This document shows, in pieces, positions 1-13,251 of a DNA stretch of 64,000 bases; the first letter of the stretch is position 1; every line of letters begins with the position of its first letter. This DNA is from Octopus vulgaris (lineage: Eukaryota). A program made the translations under genes and the position numbers. The stretch covers positions 26,970,001-27,034,000 of the forward strand of contig OX597820.1 in the NCBI GenBank assembly GCA_951406725.2, given 5' to 3'. The notes beneath the pieces are model-generated. The model was not told where the DNA came from. It searched no databases and worked only from the letters and a program-made list of their open reading frames with translations.

Positions 1-386
1 TCTTAATTTGGTGAAATATTCTTTTATTATTATTACTTCAGTAATCATAAAATAATGAACAGCCACATTGTTGACTTTACCAATTACTGTTCATTAACTC
101 TCTCTGTACGGGGAGCATGCACGCAAACACACGCAGACACATTAAAGTGACGGACAAAATATCTTACAGAATTTAGCTTGAACTCTTTGTGTTCTGCGTT
201 CAAATCTCATCGGAGTCGATTTTAAAGTTCATATCTACTTAGTCGATAAAATGAAGTTATGTATGTATATATATATATATATATAGAAAATAGTAAAAAG
301 TGAAAAAAACTACAGAAGGCTTGTTTTAAAAGGTTAAAAAATATATATTTGAGTCAATATGTCTGAAGGATGTTATAAATGTTTTC

Positions 387-441
<55 letters not shown>

Positions 442-739
442 ACACACAGAAACTCACATATGTATTTTGGGAACGGGCATATACCAACAAAATCACACGT
501 ACTGATTATGTTTTATGTTTTATTACAAATTAATTGAATAAGCAACCAGGTGATCAGTTTCCTAATCGATTAGTGTGTCAAAGTCCTTTCGTCAATCTGC
601 CACCATATCTATAAGAATGTGTCCCCCTTTCCCCAATACAAAAGTGATGTATATATCTGTGTGTGTGTGTGCTTGCGTGCATATGTGTGTGTATGTAGTG
701 AGAAAAAGTGAAAGAGAAAGACGGAGTAAGATAGATACA

Positions 740-780
<41 letters not shown>

Positions 781-810
781 GAGAGAAAGAGAGAGAACTA
801 ATGTATACCC

Positions 811-1099
811 TTTACTCTTTTACTTTTTTACTTGTTTCAGTCATTTGACTGCGGCCATGCTGGAGCACCGTCTTTAGTCGAGCAAATCGACCCCAGGACT
901 TATTCTTTGTAAGCCTATCGGTGTCTTTTGCTGAACCGCTAAGTTACGGCGACGTAAACACACCAGCATCAGTTGTCAAGCAATGTTAGGGGGACAAACA
1001 CAGACACACAAACATATACACAAACATACACATACACATATATATATTTATATATAATGTAACATATACATTATGTACATATACATACATATATATATA

Positions 1100-1172
<73 letters not shown>

Positions 1173-1323
1173 GACGGGCTTCAGTTTCCGTCTACCAAAT
1201 CCACTCACAAGGCTTTGGTCGCCCCGAGGCTATAGTAGAAGACACTTGCCCAAGGTGTCACGTAGTGGCACTGAACTCGGAACCATGTGGTTGGTAAGCC
1301 AAGCTACTTACTACACAGCCACT
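811..1323 (-). mobile_element. tRNA-derived SINE family A (internal (TA)n/(TG)n microsatellite, GTAAAAGA-type tail)
   Basis: Reverse complement of the head AGTGGCTGTGTGGTAAGTAGCTTG..GGTTCAGTCCCAC, the body CCTTGGGCAAGTGTCTTCTACTATAGCC and the tail GACTGAAACAAGTAAAAGAG. More than 15 related copies occur in the window. Confidence 0.9.
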
Positions 1324-1329
1324 TATGTT

Positions 1330-2620
1330 GAGGATTAATGTTAGGATAGAACAATTTGTGAAAATTTTTAATTTGGAAGAATTTATAAATTGTTTTACGA
1401 AAGAAAGTATTGCTTCTTTGTATGCAAAATTTAAGTAGGATTTTCTTCGTCATGAAACTTTAGCAACAAGGATTCCCGGTTGAGTCTTTCTATATTTCAA
1501 AGCCAGATCCATTACGAAATGTTCTTTGTTAAGTTTATTTGTATTAAGAAACTTAGGATAATCTTGTTAAAGGTGTTACATTACAAACCCTTTATGAAAG
1601 AAAGATGCGTCAGAAATTGAGTTTACGTTCTGGAATCATAGTTACAAAAATTAAAAAGTAAGAAACTGTTAGGATGCCGAGGAAAACATCAGCTGCAAGA
1701 ACAAAAAAGTGCTACAAATTTTCGGAAATTTTGAACAAGCATTTCATGCTTTTTACGATGATCTAGTATTAATATTTCGTGGAGGCGCAATGGCCCAGTG
1801 GTTAGGGCAGCGGATTCGCGGTCATAGGATCGCGGTTTCGATTCCCAGACCGGGCGTTGTGAGTGTTTATTGAGCGAAAACACCTAAAGCTGCACGATGC
1901 TCCAGCAGGGGATGGTGGCGAGCCCTGCTGTACTCTTTCACCACAGCTTTCTCTTACTCTTACTTCCTGTTTTCTGTTGTGCCTGTAATTCAAAGGGCCA
2001 GCTTTGTCACACTCTGTGTCACTCTGAATATCCCCGAGAACTACGTTAAGAGTACACGTGTCTGTGGAGTGCTCAGCCACTTGCACGTTAATTTCATGAG
2101 CAGGCTGTTCCGTTGATCGGGTCAACTGGAACCCTCCTCATCGTAAGCGACGGAGTGCCAAGTACTAATATTTTTGTGTAGAAAGAAAGCAACACCAAAC
2201 TTGATCTATGAAAAGGACAACCGTTGCTTTGTTTAGAGTTAAAACTACAGTATTTGCAGGTGTTTTTTTCCAAGGACTTTTATTTATATTTTTGCTTGTT
2301 TACTAATTTGAAGATCCAGTCAGTTTTCTTTTATGAACAATATATCAAAGGGAAATCAACAGTGGACAAGGGTTTGCAGATGTTTGGAAACACTTGAAGA
2401 CAGATTTTTGAAACAATCCCTACATAAGCCTCTATAAACCATAAAGCCATTGTATAAGATGAGGACCTGAATTCCTGTTTTACATTCTAACACCCAAGCC
2501 TTTCTGTTGTGGTTATGAGATACTGGTCAATCCCAGAACAACATCCGTGTTTAATGTTTTTATGCTAACCTTTCTGCTTCCTTGAAAAGCACACCACTTA
2601 CGCGTACAATACTGTACGAA
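1330..2620 (-). pseudogene. possible decayed L1/Tx1-like LINE ORF2 3' fragment, interrupted by a SINE
   Basis: Minus-strand frames give PQQKGLGV..N...LIQWLY (GGLG-like), SNGCPF and VFLGI....RKLNF*R, in the order expected for a Tx1/L1 ORF2 C-terminus. Many stops and frameshifts. Confidence 0.3.
1779..2160 (+). mobile_element. tRNA(Arg)-like SINE family B, tail type 1
   Basis: A box TGGCCCAGTGG, anticodon-like TCG, B box GTTTCGATTCC. Flanked by an approximately 13 bp TSD, AGTA(T/C)TAATATTT. Confidence 0.9.
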
Positions 2621-2823
2621 AAGCTTTGTTACGAATGAATAGATATAAAGATTTGCCGTTCGTTATTGGTCTCGTAAATAAGGACCATAAATTTCAATTG
2701 TTTTGTTTACTAATTGAGAAATACATCTCATTCACGCTCATTTTACTTTGCAAAAGAGAGAAACGAATAAAAACATGGAAGGGCTTGCATTATCAGAGCG
2801 TATATAATATCAAAGTTATCCTA

Positions 2824-3402
2824 AGGCGGCGAGCTGGCAGAAACGTTAGCACGCCGGGCGAAATGCTTAGCGGTATTTCGTCTGCCGCTACGTTCTGAGT
2901 TCAAATTCCGCCGTGGTCGACTTTGCCTTTCATCCTTTCGGAGTCGATTAAATAAGTACCAGTTACGCACTGTGGTCGATATAATCGACTTAATCCGTTT
3001 GTCTGTCCTTATTTGTCCTCTCTGTGTTTAGCTCTTGTGGGTAGTAAAGAAACCGGTATCTCGTCTGCCGCTACGTTCTGAGTTCAAATTCTGCCGAGGT
3101 CGACTTTGCTTTTCATTCTTTCGGGGTCGATTAAATAAGTACCAGTTACGCACTGTGGTCGATATAATCGACTTAATCCGTCTGTCTGTTCTTATTTGTC
3201 CCCTCTGTGTTTAGCCCCTTGTCGATAGTAAAAAATAGGTATTTCGTCTGTCTTTACGTTCTGAGTTGAAATTCCGCCGAGATCGTCTTTGCCTTTCATC
3301 CTTTCGGGTTCGATAAATTATGTACCAGTTGCGTACTGGGGTCGAATTAATCGACTGGCCCTCTCCCCCAAAATTTCTGGCCTTGTGCCTAGAGTAGAAA
3401 AG
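2824..3402 (+). mobile_element. SINE family C (Nin/Deu-like domain), three tandem internal units of about 183 bp
   Basis: Head GGCGGCGAGCTGGCAGAAACGTTAGC, B-box-like GAGTTCAAATTCC, and GC(C/T)TTTCAT(C/T)CTTTCGG..TCGAT three times. Perfect 18 bp TSD AATATCAAAGTTATCCTA at 2806-2823 and 3403-3420. Confidence 0.9.
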
Positions 3403-4012
3403 AATATCAAAGTTATCCTACCATAACAAATTTTTAAAATTTCTCACCTAAAACCATTCCGGGTTCTATAATTAAAACTTCAAATTTAAAGCGATTTATA
3501 TTAAAACCTATGAAAATTTCATTTTAATTTATGTTTCATACAACCTAATAATCACCATATTATTTTACCTTTTTCGTTGTTTTCAAAATTAATTGAAGGA
3601 AAAGCATCGTATTTTAACAGAAAGCTGGGAAGGAAAGAGTTAAATGATAATATCAATAAGATTGAGACCACATATCATTATTATAAAACTACTTGCCGGG
3701 TCATTAAATATTTGCCTGATGTTTGCATTCAATTTAACAAATAAGAATAGAAATTTTTCGCTATTTTCAGATAGATTACTCCTTTCAGGATCTTGATAAT
3801 TCCTGCACTAAGTGCTTGACTGAGTTGGTTGCGCGTCATCTAGACTAATGACGCACAACCGTTTTAGTTTCCGCCTAGAAAAGCACATTTAGATAAAATC
3901 GCAACTAAAACTATTAGCATCCACATATGAACCAAAGCCAAAAACAAATGTTGGTAGTCATTTTGTAATCAATAATTTTATAACCTATAACTACTGTAAC
4001 TTTGAGAACATA

Positions 4013-4583
4013 CAGTAATCCCTCGACTATCGCGGGTGTTACGCTCCAAAACTCCCCGCGATATGTGAAAATCCGCGAAAAAGAAACAGTACTGGAGTGT
4101 ATGTTTTTTCTATCATTATTATAATTTGTATATATTTATTATAAATGCGAAACAACACCACAGACGAATCGACGTAGCTTGAATAATAAATTGCAATAAA
4201 TGAACTGCGATATGGCGAGGGATTGGTGGTGGCACTCCGTCGGTTACGACGACGAGTGTTCCAGTTGATCCGATTAATGGAACAGCCTGCTCATGAAATT
4301 AACGTGCAAGTGGCTGAGCACTCCACAATCACCTGTACCCTTAAGTAGTTCTCGGGGAGATTCAGCGTGACACAGAGTACAACAGAAAACGGAAGAAAGA
4401 GTGAGAGAAAGTTGTGGTGAAAGAGTACAGCAGGGTTCGCCGGAGCCTCGTGGAGTTTTAGGTGTTTTCGCTTAATAAACACTCACAATGCCCGGTCTGG
4501 GAATCGAAACTGCGATCCTAAGACCGCGAGTCCGCTGCCCTAACCACCGGGCCATTGCGCCTCCACATGGCGAGGGATTACTG
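4013..4583. mobile_element. Tigger/pogo-like MITE interrupted by a SINE
   Basis: TIRs CAGTAATCCCTCG (4013) and CGAGGGATTACTG (ends 4583), preceded by TA. Confidence 0.75.
4219..4566 (-). mobile_element. SINE family B, tail type 1, nested in the MITE
   Basis: Reverse complement of 1779-2160, with a 13 bp TSD ATGGCGAGGGATT on both sides. Confidence 0.9.
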
Positions 4584-6430
4584 TGTATGGAAATAATAAT
4601 ATCCCAGCTATTCTACATAGGAACCGAGTTCCCAAACCTTTTATCACTGATTCTGGATTGTTACCGCCTCCAGCTAACGTTTTTTTTCTTTTAGTATTAG
4701 TACATATTGAACTTTCATTCCAAAATACTCGCTGCTTGCTTTTATTTCTTTCACAGTAAGTAGAAATGTATGTGTGTTCCTGACAACATGAAACTATGAA
4801 CCGTCTCCGTATGATACCTATACTTACAGAATCAAAATAATCTAGACTCAACAAAATGAATTGTTCTACAAGTTTAAAGAAGTTTTTGTTTGATATGCTC
4901 CATCTACTGATACAGTTTGCTCGTTACTTGTTTCGTTCTACAAAAGTTGCTAAATATACATTTTTATAAAAACGATGTTTTAATTCAATGGAAAGATTCT
5001 CTCAACTTTTGATAAATTGTTTCCTTTTCGTGAGCATCAAAACCAAACAGAATGAAAAGAAAAAAAAAAGCACCAGAACAATATTGTCTTCATCAGCTTC
5101 GAAAATGTATATACATTAGTTGAATGAAAAGTAAAACAAGAAAAATAAATTGAGAAGGAAAAAAAAAACCTTGATTGGAATCCGAAGTAAATAGAAAAAC
5201 AAACCAAAATCTTCACAAAAATTCCTGACTCACTAAATATTGTTTGTTTCATCAATAATGTTGGTAGGTAGCTTCAACAGAACATCACTAACGTCAAACA
5301 CACACACAAAGCATCCAAACGATCAATAGAGACAGTTGTTGAAATCTTACTGGAGAACAGAAAAATACAACAGAGATTTCTCTTTATCAAAGATTAGACG
5401 ATCAAAATGATTTTAGGAGTTTTATTCGAAAGCAAAATAAAAAGGAAACCATTCTAACGAAGCAAAGAATTTTTTCAAGACGATATTTTACCGGGTTTTA
5501 TCTATTATTTAAGCGGAAACGAACAAGAATAGATTGAGCTACGCATATAGTGTCTACTGCATCTAAATAATTTCAATTATTCGTTAAATGAAATAAAAAA
5601 AAAGGAAACAAATCAGGGTTACACAAATGATTAACGACCCACTCTCCTAACTCACAACTTGATACAGTGTAGAAAGTTTTACAGACCCTTTATAACTATG
5701 AACAGATAAAACTAGTTAAGACTGGAAGTTATGGTAATCATGCATACACACAGAACTTTAAATGAAGTCAATAATGCTGGGAAAGAAGAAGATATTTAAA
5801 AAGATCAATTGAGATATATTCAGCAAATGAATATGAGGGACATGAATGTATCGAAACGTTTGTGTTTTTTATTTTTACCAATAGAATAGAAAGTACAAAA
5901 TAACATAGAATAAAATAAACAACAACAACAACAACATCAACAACAAAAGCAATCGATTCTGAAAACACTGGGTTACAAAAATTTAAAGTAAAAAAGAAAC
6001 CATTTACAAAAGAAAACGGCTGAAAATAAAATGTTGGAATGGTTTCTGCTTTTTTTTTCTCTAATTTCAAGTGATGCAAACTAAATTTAGTAAATTTAAG
6101 AACCATTATCACCGATTCGTTTTCGTAAATGGCCAGCTACGTCTAAAATTGGTTGGTTTGAGAAATTTGACGCCTCTCACTCGCAGTGTTTTGTTATTGT
6201 AACAAAAATATTTTTTCCTTGTTCTGTTTCATTAAATAATAAGTTAGAGATAATTAATAGATGTTGTTACAAATGAAGCACAAATAAAATCGAAAGACTT
6301 TTTCTTCGTTAACACGACAGAATTTCTTATATTAACTGGAACCTACAATAATAAATATTAAAATTTGCAAAAAGTGATGGTTACATCTAAATAATATAAA
6401 GAATAAAAATTACTTCGACATCTGTAATAT

Positions 6431-6593
6431 ATTTCATCGCGATAGAGTCACCGTAGCCATTGAAAATACACATACACTACTATATTCACTTGTACTTTAT
6501 TGTATATTATAAATAAAACTAGTAAGAGTAAAAGTGAATAAAACAGGGTTATGTGTGGTTTTAATGGCTACAGAGACTCTGTCAGGATGCAAT
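6431..6593. repeat. about 165 bp imperfect foldback (MITE-like hairpin)
   Basis: ATTTCATCGCGATAGAGTCACCGTAGCCATTGAAAATACACATA pairs with TATGTGTGGTTTTAATGGCTACAGAGACTCTGTCAGGATGCAAT. Inner TATTCACTT pairs with AAGTGAATA. Confidence 0.65.
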
Positions 6594-7064
6594 AAATTTA
6601 ATCTCAACACACGATTTCAGATACAAAAACAATAAATACTAACCAAATGCCATTCTCGAATATAGTACATTTACGATGAACAGGAATATAAATATCAAAG
6701 CTTGTAAGGCAGGTTTGTCGTAAAATATTAGAAAAATGCCAGTGAGAAAAATACACAAATACAAATAGGTTCTTCATAACTTCCTTTGAAAAATTACAGA
6801 GAAATTACTATGCGTGACTCCATGATCAAATTATGGATTTTATATTTTAAGAAGAATAAACACCGTTTATGGACTGTCAGATATATTTCTCACTGGAAAT
6901 TTCTTATTATGAAAGCATGCATGTCTCTGTAGTTATGTTCTGGATGGTCACTGTAACAATGATGGTAAAGTGTGCACGCAATTAAAGTTGTTCAATGCCT
7001 TAAGAAAAACAACAACAATTCTTGCATTTCCTCTTAATTTCTAAAGTGCATTGTTTGCATGGCG

Positions 7065-7260
7065 AACAGCGAGAATCTAAACGATGACTTGCATATTCAT
7101 TCTTAATATGTTTCACACATTCGAACACAAATATGCTAATTACTGTAGTGCTCGTCACAGGAGAACAACTCTAACTTTACGTCAACTATGTGTTCATAAC
7201 ACACTCGATTCATGAATGCAAGGGATTCTGGGACACTGGCATTTCATGTGCCTTGTCAAG
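7065..7260 (+). repeat. copy of an unclassified ancient dispersed repeat (inverted relative to 23887-24470)
   Basis: Collinear blocks GAACAGCGAGAATC, ATTCTTAATATGTT, ATTCGAAC and TGTGTTCA.AACACAC match the reverse complement of about 23990-24185. Confidence 0.65.
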
Positions 7261-7630
7261 CCAGAAGTACTCAAACCAATGAATCTAAACAAGAGTCGAT
7301 GGCCTTGTTTATAGTTTCAGGGAAAAAAAACTGTTTGTTGATCCGTACTGAAATCAGGTTAAGCCGGAAGAAAAGTCGCTAAGAAGTTTGTCCCACCCGC
7401 CAAAGTTTTGTCAGCACGCCATATTTTCTTGATTAAAATAATAGATACGAATTGTTATAGTTATTCTTGTTTAACCCCAGGTCACTTATGATTGATTAAA
7501 ACGTTGATGAAAGTCGTGCCATCTATGACCATCTGTCTTTCTGTAAGGCACCACGTTTCTAAGATCATATCGCCAAATATATTCTTTTTTTTCAATTAAG
7601 TGAGATCTAATTCGAAATAAGCCTGACTGC

Positions 7631-7819
7631 TATTCTTTTATTCTTTTACTTGTTTCAGTCATTTAACTGCGGCCATGCTGGAGCACCGCCTTTAGTCGAA
7701 CAAATCGATTCCAGGACTTATTCTGTGTAAGCCTAGAACTTACTCTACCGGTCTCGTTTGCCGAACCGCTAAGTTACGGGGACATAACAAGCGATGGTGG
7801 GGGGACAAACACAGACATA

Positions 7820-7869
<50 letters not shown>

Positions 7870-8029
7870 CGACGGGCTTCTTTCAGTTTCCGCCTACCAA
7901 ATCCACTCGCAAGGCTTTGGCTGGCCCGAGGCTATAGTAGAAGACACTTGCCCAAGGTGTCACGCATTGGGACCGAACCCAGAGCCATGTGGTTGGTAAG
8001 CAAGCTACTTACCGCACAGCTACTCCTGC
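7631..8029 (-). mobile_element. SINE family A
   Basis: Full-length reverse copy with an internal (CA)n tract. Confidence 0.9.
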
Positions 8030-8384
8030 AACTAACAAATTTACTAACCACGCTGAAGCCGAGTCGTTGAGTGGAATAAAAACGAATCGGGCTAAATTTG
8101 CTCTTTCGCGTTTTCTACGTTCAAATTGCATTGTGGAGTGGTTTGGCTCTTTCGTTCATCAGAGGGCCGAAAGAAAAAACAAAAAGAATAAAAGAAAATG
8201 ATATGATATTACCATTAGTATACTGGATTGCATATGGTTCGAAGATATATGCAGTCTCATTATTAAACAATCTGTTATTCAATTCAAACCCGGCGGAGAT
8301 GAAAACAGAGACGTAGGTGTTGACTATATTGAATGAAGCTGTTGACATGCAAAATTCAACCTAACATAACAACACCAGCCACGA

Positions 8385-8439
<55 letters not shown>

Positions 8440-8470
8440 TAACTGCTGCTGCTGCTGCTGCTGCTGTTAC
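8385..8470. repeat. (CTA)n(CTG)n trinucleotide microsatellite
   Basis: Directly visible. Confidence 0.95.
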
Positions 8471-9024
8471 CTTCACCACCACTATCATCAATATCTCTCA
8501 GATATGAACCTGCGTATGTTATCTTTGCAACTATATTTCATTACAGAAAGTAAAAAAAAAAAAAAAGGAAAACCTACTTCTTCGCAATATTGTGTAACGC
8601 AATAGAATTGTTTGTATTTCTATTAATTCTTGGAGATTATTCTACCTTAGGAGATCTATCCATCATAATTAAAATATAAATCTGTAGCTGCCTTTATAAT
8701 CACATTATATTCCACAAATACATACATCTTTAAAACTCAAAATACACGCCAACATATATACATGCATGCGTGCATGCATATATACATATCTACATGCATA
8801 TATATATATTTATATATCTTTTCATCATTTCATAAATATATATATATATCTATTTACAAAGATATTTACATTTATATATATATATAAATTTGTCTGCGTG
8901 GGTTGTTTCGAGTGCTTTGTTTTTGTCCAGGAGTCTCTTCTTAAAGTAGAAGAAATAGTTAAGGTTCTTTGGCTGCTATTTCTAAACTTCGGTATGAGGT
9001 AAAGCAAATCTTTGCTGAACCCTA

Positions 9025-9076
<52 letters not shown>

Positions 9077-9394
9077 CATAATTTCATAAATATATATATG
9101 TATATACACAGATATATACATATATATACATATATGCATATATATATACATGCACACACACACATATATACGTGTGCGTGTATGAATGTATATACATGTA
9201 CACATACATATATGTGTATATACCTTTTAAGCACATGAATATGTACGCTATTATGTAGACCAGGTCTTTTAGGATAAATGCATGGGTTATTTAGGGAGTG
9301 AGATTGGGTCTATGCAATTCCTTTCTCCACTTTAAGGATCTCCAAGTACATGCACCGCTTGATGTTTTGGCATCTTTATGAATATGTGTATTAT

Positions 9395-9480
9395 GTATTG
9401 TATAAGCAAACTACTCAATGCAACATTCTATCACGGAATGAAGCCATCTGTCAGCGTGGGTGGTAAGCTCACTGAACATC
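9395..9480 (+). pseudogene. short decayed RTE-like reverse transcriptase fragment
   Basis: Translates CISKLLNATFYHGMKPSVSVGGKLTE, resembling the segment just upstream of the RT QG motif. Confidence 0.4.
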
Positions 9481-9787
9481 TACTGCGAGAGGCGTCCGTC
9501 GTTATCGCATCTATGGAAAAAAGTGTAGGCTCCTGGCAGGACTGAAGAGCTAACATCTGTGCTGCTCATGTTTAAGAGAACAACCAAGCGATGGCATTTC
9601 TGGAAATTGAGTTGCAGCCATCAAGTGTGTGTGTATCTGTGTGTGTGTGTCTGAGTGTGTGTGTATGTATGTATATATGTATGTGTACGTGTCTATGTAT
9701 ATATATATACATATGTATATATGTATGTATATATATATCTATGTAAATGTATATGTATGTATACACACACACACATATATATATATA

Positions 9788-9987
9788 GGGAGAGTTCATG
9801 AAAAAAAACAAAAGACGAAGACAGATGGTGTACAAAACAAACAGATGTATTAGTATAACGCGCAGGAAATTGAAAAAGTCTTTTACGTTTCGAGCCTACG
9901 CTCTTCTACAGAAAGGGATACAGAAAAAAACAAGGAGAGAAACAAGGACAGAAAAAAATGCGTGTAGTGGCTACCGATCAACCATGG

Positions 9988-9989
<2 letters not shown>
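9788..9989 (-). mobile_element. about 200 bp (TA)n-embedded element carrying an HHR-like motif (PLE pLTR-like)
   Basis: Bounded by (TA)n on both sides, homologous to 38641-38803, and contains the HHR-like motif at 9880-9915. Confidence 0.75.
9880..9915 (-). ncRNA. minimal type I hammerhead-like motif with variant core CUGUAGA
   Basis: Minus strand reads CUUU-CUGUAGA-A-GAGC-GUAG-GCUC-GAAAC-GUA-AAAG: stem I CUUU/AAAG, stem II GAGC/GCUC, palindromic ACGU stem III. Confidence 0.6.
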
Positions 9990-10046
<57 letters not shown>

Positions 10047-10062
10047 TACACACACATATATA

Positions 10063-10099
<37 letters not shown>

Positions 10100-10638
10100 T
10101 TTACCTGCGTATATATGCATATTAACATGTGCATTCATATGTATGTGTGTTTGAATGTATGTTTATACTTACGTATAAACATATATACGTATTTCTGATG
10201 TTGAGTACATACATAGTTTTCAATAAGGAGAATATGTGTGAAACATCTTTTCATCATAACTTTCACCAGATGAAAGCATTGCAGGCTCTCTCATAGCGCT
10301 TGGGACAGAAAAGAAATATTACGTACGGTCATATAAATTAGTTGCTCAGTAGATGTGAAGACTGAGAAAGAAAAAATAACGAGAAGCTGAATATTTATGG
10401 ATAACTGCTTCAAAACCTGTTTCCTACACAGATTCTACACATTTCAAATTTTCAGTTGTTCTCGTCTGGTTTATGTTTTCAGCAAATGCAATATGTAAGA
10501 GGAAACGAAATACTTTCATATATATTTCTATACGCAATATGTAAAATATTCACTGTTGGTGTTACCTAACATCAAGTAGTGAATCTACGAGTTTGTTTCT
10601 AAATCATTGAGTCCTATCATTATGAGAATTCAAGCGAT

Positions 10639-11045
10639 TACTCTCTTTACTGTTTTACTTGTTTCAGTCATTTCACTGTGGCTATGCTGGAGCACTGCTT
10701 TTAGTCGACCAAATCGACCCCAGGACTTATACTTTATAAGCCTAGTACTTATTCTATCGGTCTCTTTTGCCGAACCGCTAAGTTACGGGGACGTAAACAC
10801 ACCAGCATCAGTTGTCAAGTGATGTTGGGTGGGTGGGGGACAAACAGATACACAAATATATACACACACAATACATATATACGACGGGCTTCTTTCAGTT
10901 TCCGCCTACCAAATCCACTTACAAGGCTTTGGTCGGCCCGAGGCTATAGTAGAAGACACATGCCCAAGGTGCCACGCAGTGGGACTGAACCCGGAACCAT
11001 GTGGTTTGTAAGTAAGCTACTTACCACTCAGCCACTCCTACGCCT
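10639..11045 (-). mobile_element. SINE family A
   Basis: Full-length reverse copy. Confidence 0.9.
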
Positions 11046-11131
11046 ACGATTATGAAAAAACATAACATAAATACAAGCGTATATGCATACACCCATTTAC
11101 ATATATGTCTGTCTGTCTGCTTCTCTGTCTA

Positions 11132-11164
<33 letters not shown>

Positions 11165-12870
11165 ATGTTTGTATGTATGTATGTATGTATGTATGTATGC
11201 ATGTGTGTCTAAATGGAATATATTAAGATAAAACAATTAAGTGTTGACGTACAGGATGATATTCATAAGAATTTCTTAATGAATTAAACTTTACCTTTTA
11301 GTTGGAGTGGTGAACAAAATATCCATCACTAATTTTTAAGGAAAGTAAAGATAATTAAAAAATCAGGAATTAATTAAAAAATTAATTCTCAAAATATAGT
11401 CAGTGTTAACCGAGATACGGTTACGTCAACGGACATATTTCCCTTTTACTGTATCTCGCCAGTGCAACAAGGCTAATATGAATCATCATTATTAGAAGAT
11501 AGTAAACAGAACGTATATATGACACATACAGCCTACGCAGATGTTTGTTTCTGGCATTGATTCAATTTTATATAAAAATTACGATTTTAATTTTGTTTAA
11601 TAATCTATAATAATTTTTAATTATTTTTAATTTCAAGTCTCAATTGTTTTAAATCGGAGGCCGACAATTGTAATAGGCACCAGCTATGATTAACCAAACC
11701 AGTGCATCTTAGGGAATTGTTTGTTACCTTAATAAAAAAATAAGAAGATTATGACTCTATATACTACAAGCGGGGACCTATTTTCTCTTCATTTTCTCTA
11801 TACTTATCAAGCCAAACAAGATTTATCTTATGAAATTTACACACGTGTTCGTCTGAATGGATTTTAATAATATGAGAAATACTGAAAAGATAGCAGTTGA
11901 TACAGTACAAGTTTTGCATTAAATAATAATCTTCTCAAGAACCGTATACATTCCTTTGGACAATACGTATCTCCATTCCCACTGTAAGGACTCTTATTTA
12001 ATAGGAATGTATGTGTACCATACTGATGATTTTCCTCAGACATCTCTGCACACAAACTTTGGTAACATCTCACATTCTGTCTTTTCTTTAATGTCAATAA
12101 AGTCATAATAATGCACAGGCAAAACTTTTAACTAGATATTTCGTCTTCAGTAAGTAGCTTAATATTGAAGAAAATTTAGCTAAGTGAAGTAACTAAAATA
12201 AACCTTTTATTATTATTAGTATTATCATTTATTAAGTAAAACATGCTTGGATGAATTATCTTCATTTAACATTCCCATGTCAAATGTGTCGTAAACTTAA
12301 CAACAGAGACACAATCATATATATGTATAGGTTGGGGAAATTTACGAAGCGAATTATTATATTATATCAGAAGTGTAGAAAGAGAGAGAGTATTATATCC
12401 GATATCTATTAACTTGATATCTGAAATGATGCACAAGATATTCCAAATGAAGTATATATATATTAAATGAAATATATTGTAAGTGGTTTTTGACAGTATT
12501 GCTATAGCTTCAGGACAAGTGGTATTAAAAGGCCATACAATTTTTCAATGTAATGTTATTAGAGGTACGAGATTTGTATGAAGTTCACTAAAAATTGTTA
12601 ATATCCAATAAAAAACTATTGTCGAATATTCTATCAGAAAATAAGATATTTTTTGTATTCTTTAGTCTAGAAGATACGTGGTGTTCATAACCTTTTACAG
12701 AGCCGTTGAAACTGGTGACAGAGACGGAGAAAGTGTGAGCAAAACGGAGAGCTGTCCCGAATACGTGGCTATGATGCTCCCCCACTACTTCTGCACGTGA
12801 TCAGAGATGCACATATCGGACATACTCAACTGGTTATGATCAAACAACTGACAAGCAAATCTGTGGCCAT

Positions 12871-12871
12871 C

Positions 12872-12967
<96 letters not shown>
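12871..12967. repeat. (TTA)n microsatellite
   Basis: Directly visible. Abuts a Dong-like 3' end. Confidence 0.95.
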
Positions 12968-12968
<1 letters not shown>

Positions 12969-12970
<2 letters not shown>

Positions 12971-13045
12971 TAGTCTTTATTTTATCACGTGCTATCACTG
13001 CACTACCGAGCACAGCTCTGTGTGCCTTGGGTATGTGCTGTGGAT
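12969..13045 (-). mobile_element. R4/Dong-like retrotransposon 3' UTR end joined to (TAA)n
   Basis: TTTTATCACGTGCT.TCACTGCACTAC.GAGC.CAG.TCTGTGTGCCTTGG.TATGTGCTG is shared with 29288-29352. Confidence 0.65.
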
Positions 13046-13139
13046 TGGGTCCCAGTTATGGGAAAACGTCTTGATTCCGCTCCTAGCCGACCAAAGGACA
13101 TTTGGATGAATTTGGTCGACGGAAACCGTACGTAAGCCG

Positions 13140-13199
<60 letters not shown>

Positions 13200-13251
13200 A
13201 ATTTCACATAGTAATAATGAAATTTTATGCCATCATTTTAATCCGTCACTG

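Noticed and set aside
1802-2125. Recurrent ORFs such as [15 protein letters not shown] and MTRSTEQPAHE in several places
   Set aside because: They are translations of SINE copies. The recurrence reflects repeats, not a protein family.
8931-8998. Candidate 68 bp exon (ttttgtccag...GAG|gtaaag)
   Set aside because: The donor is weak, and it includes TTTGGCTGCTATTTCTA, a motif of a dispersed repeat also seen near 49940.
9270-9395. Possible Tc1/mariner transposase remnant (SP..PLD..W..VY)
   Set aside because: It needs several frameshifts and is too weak to call.
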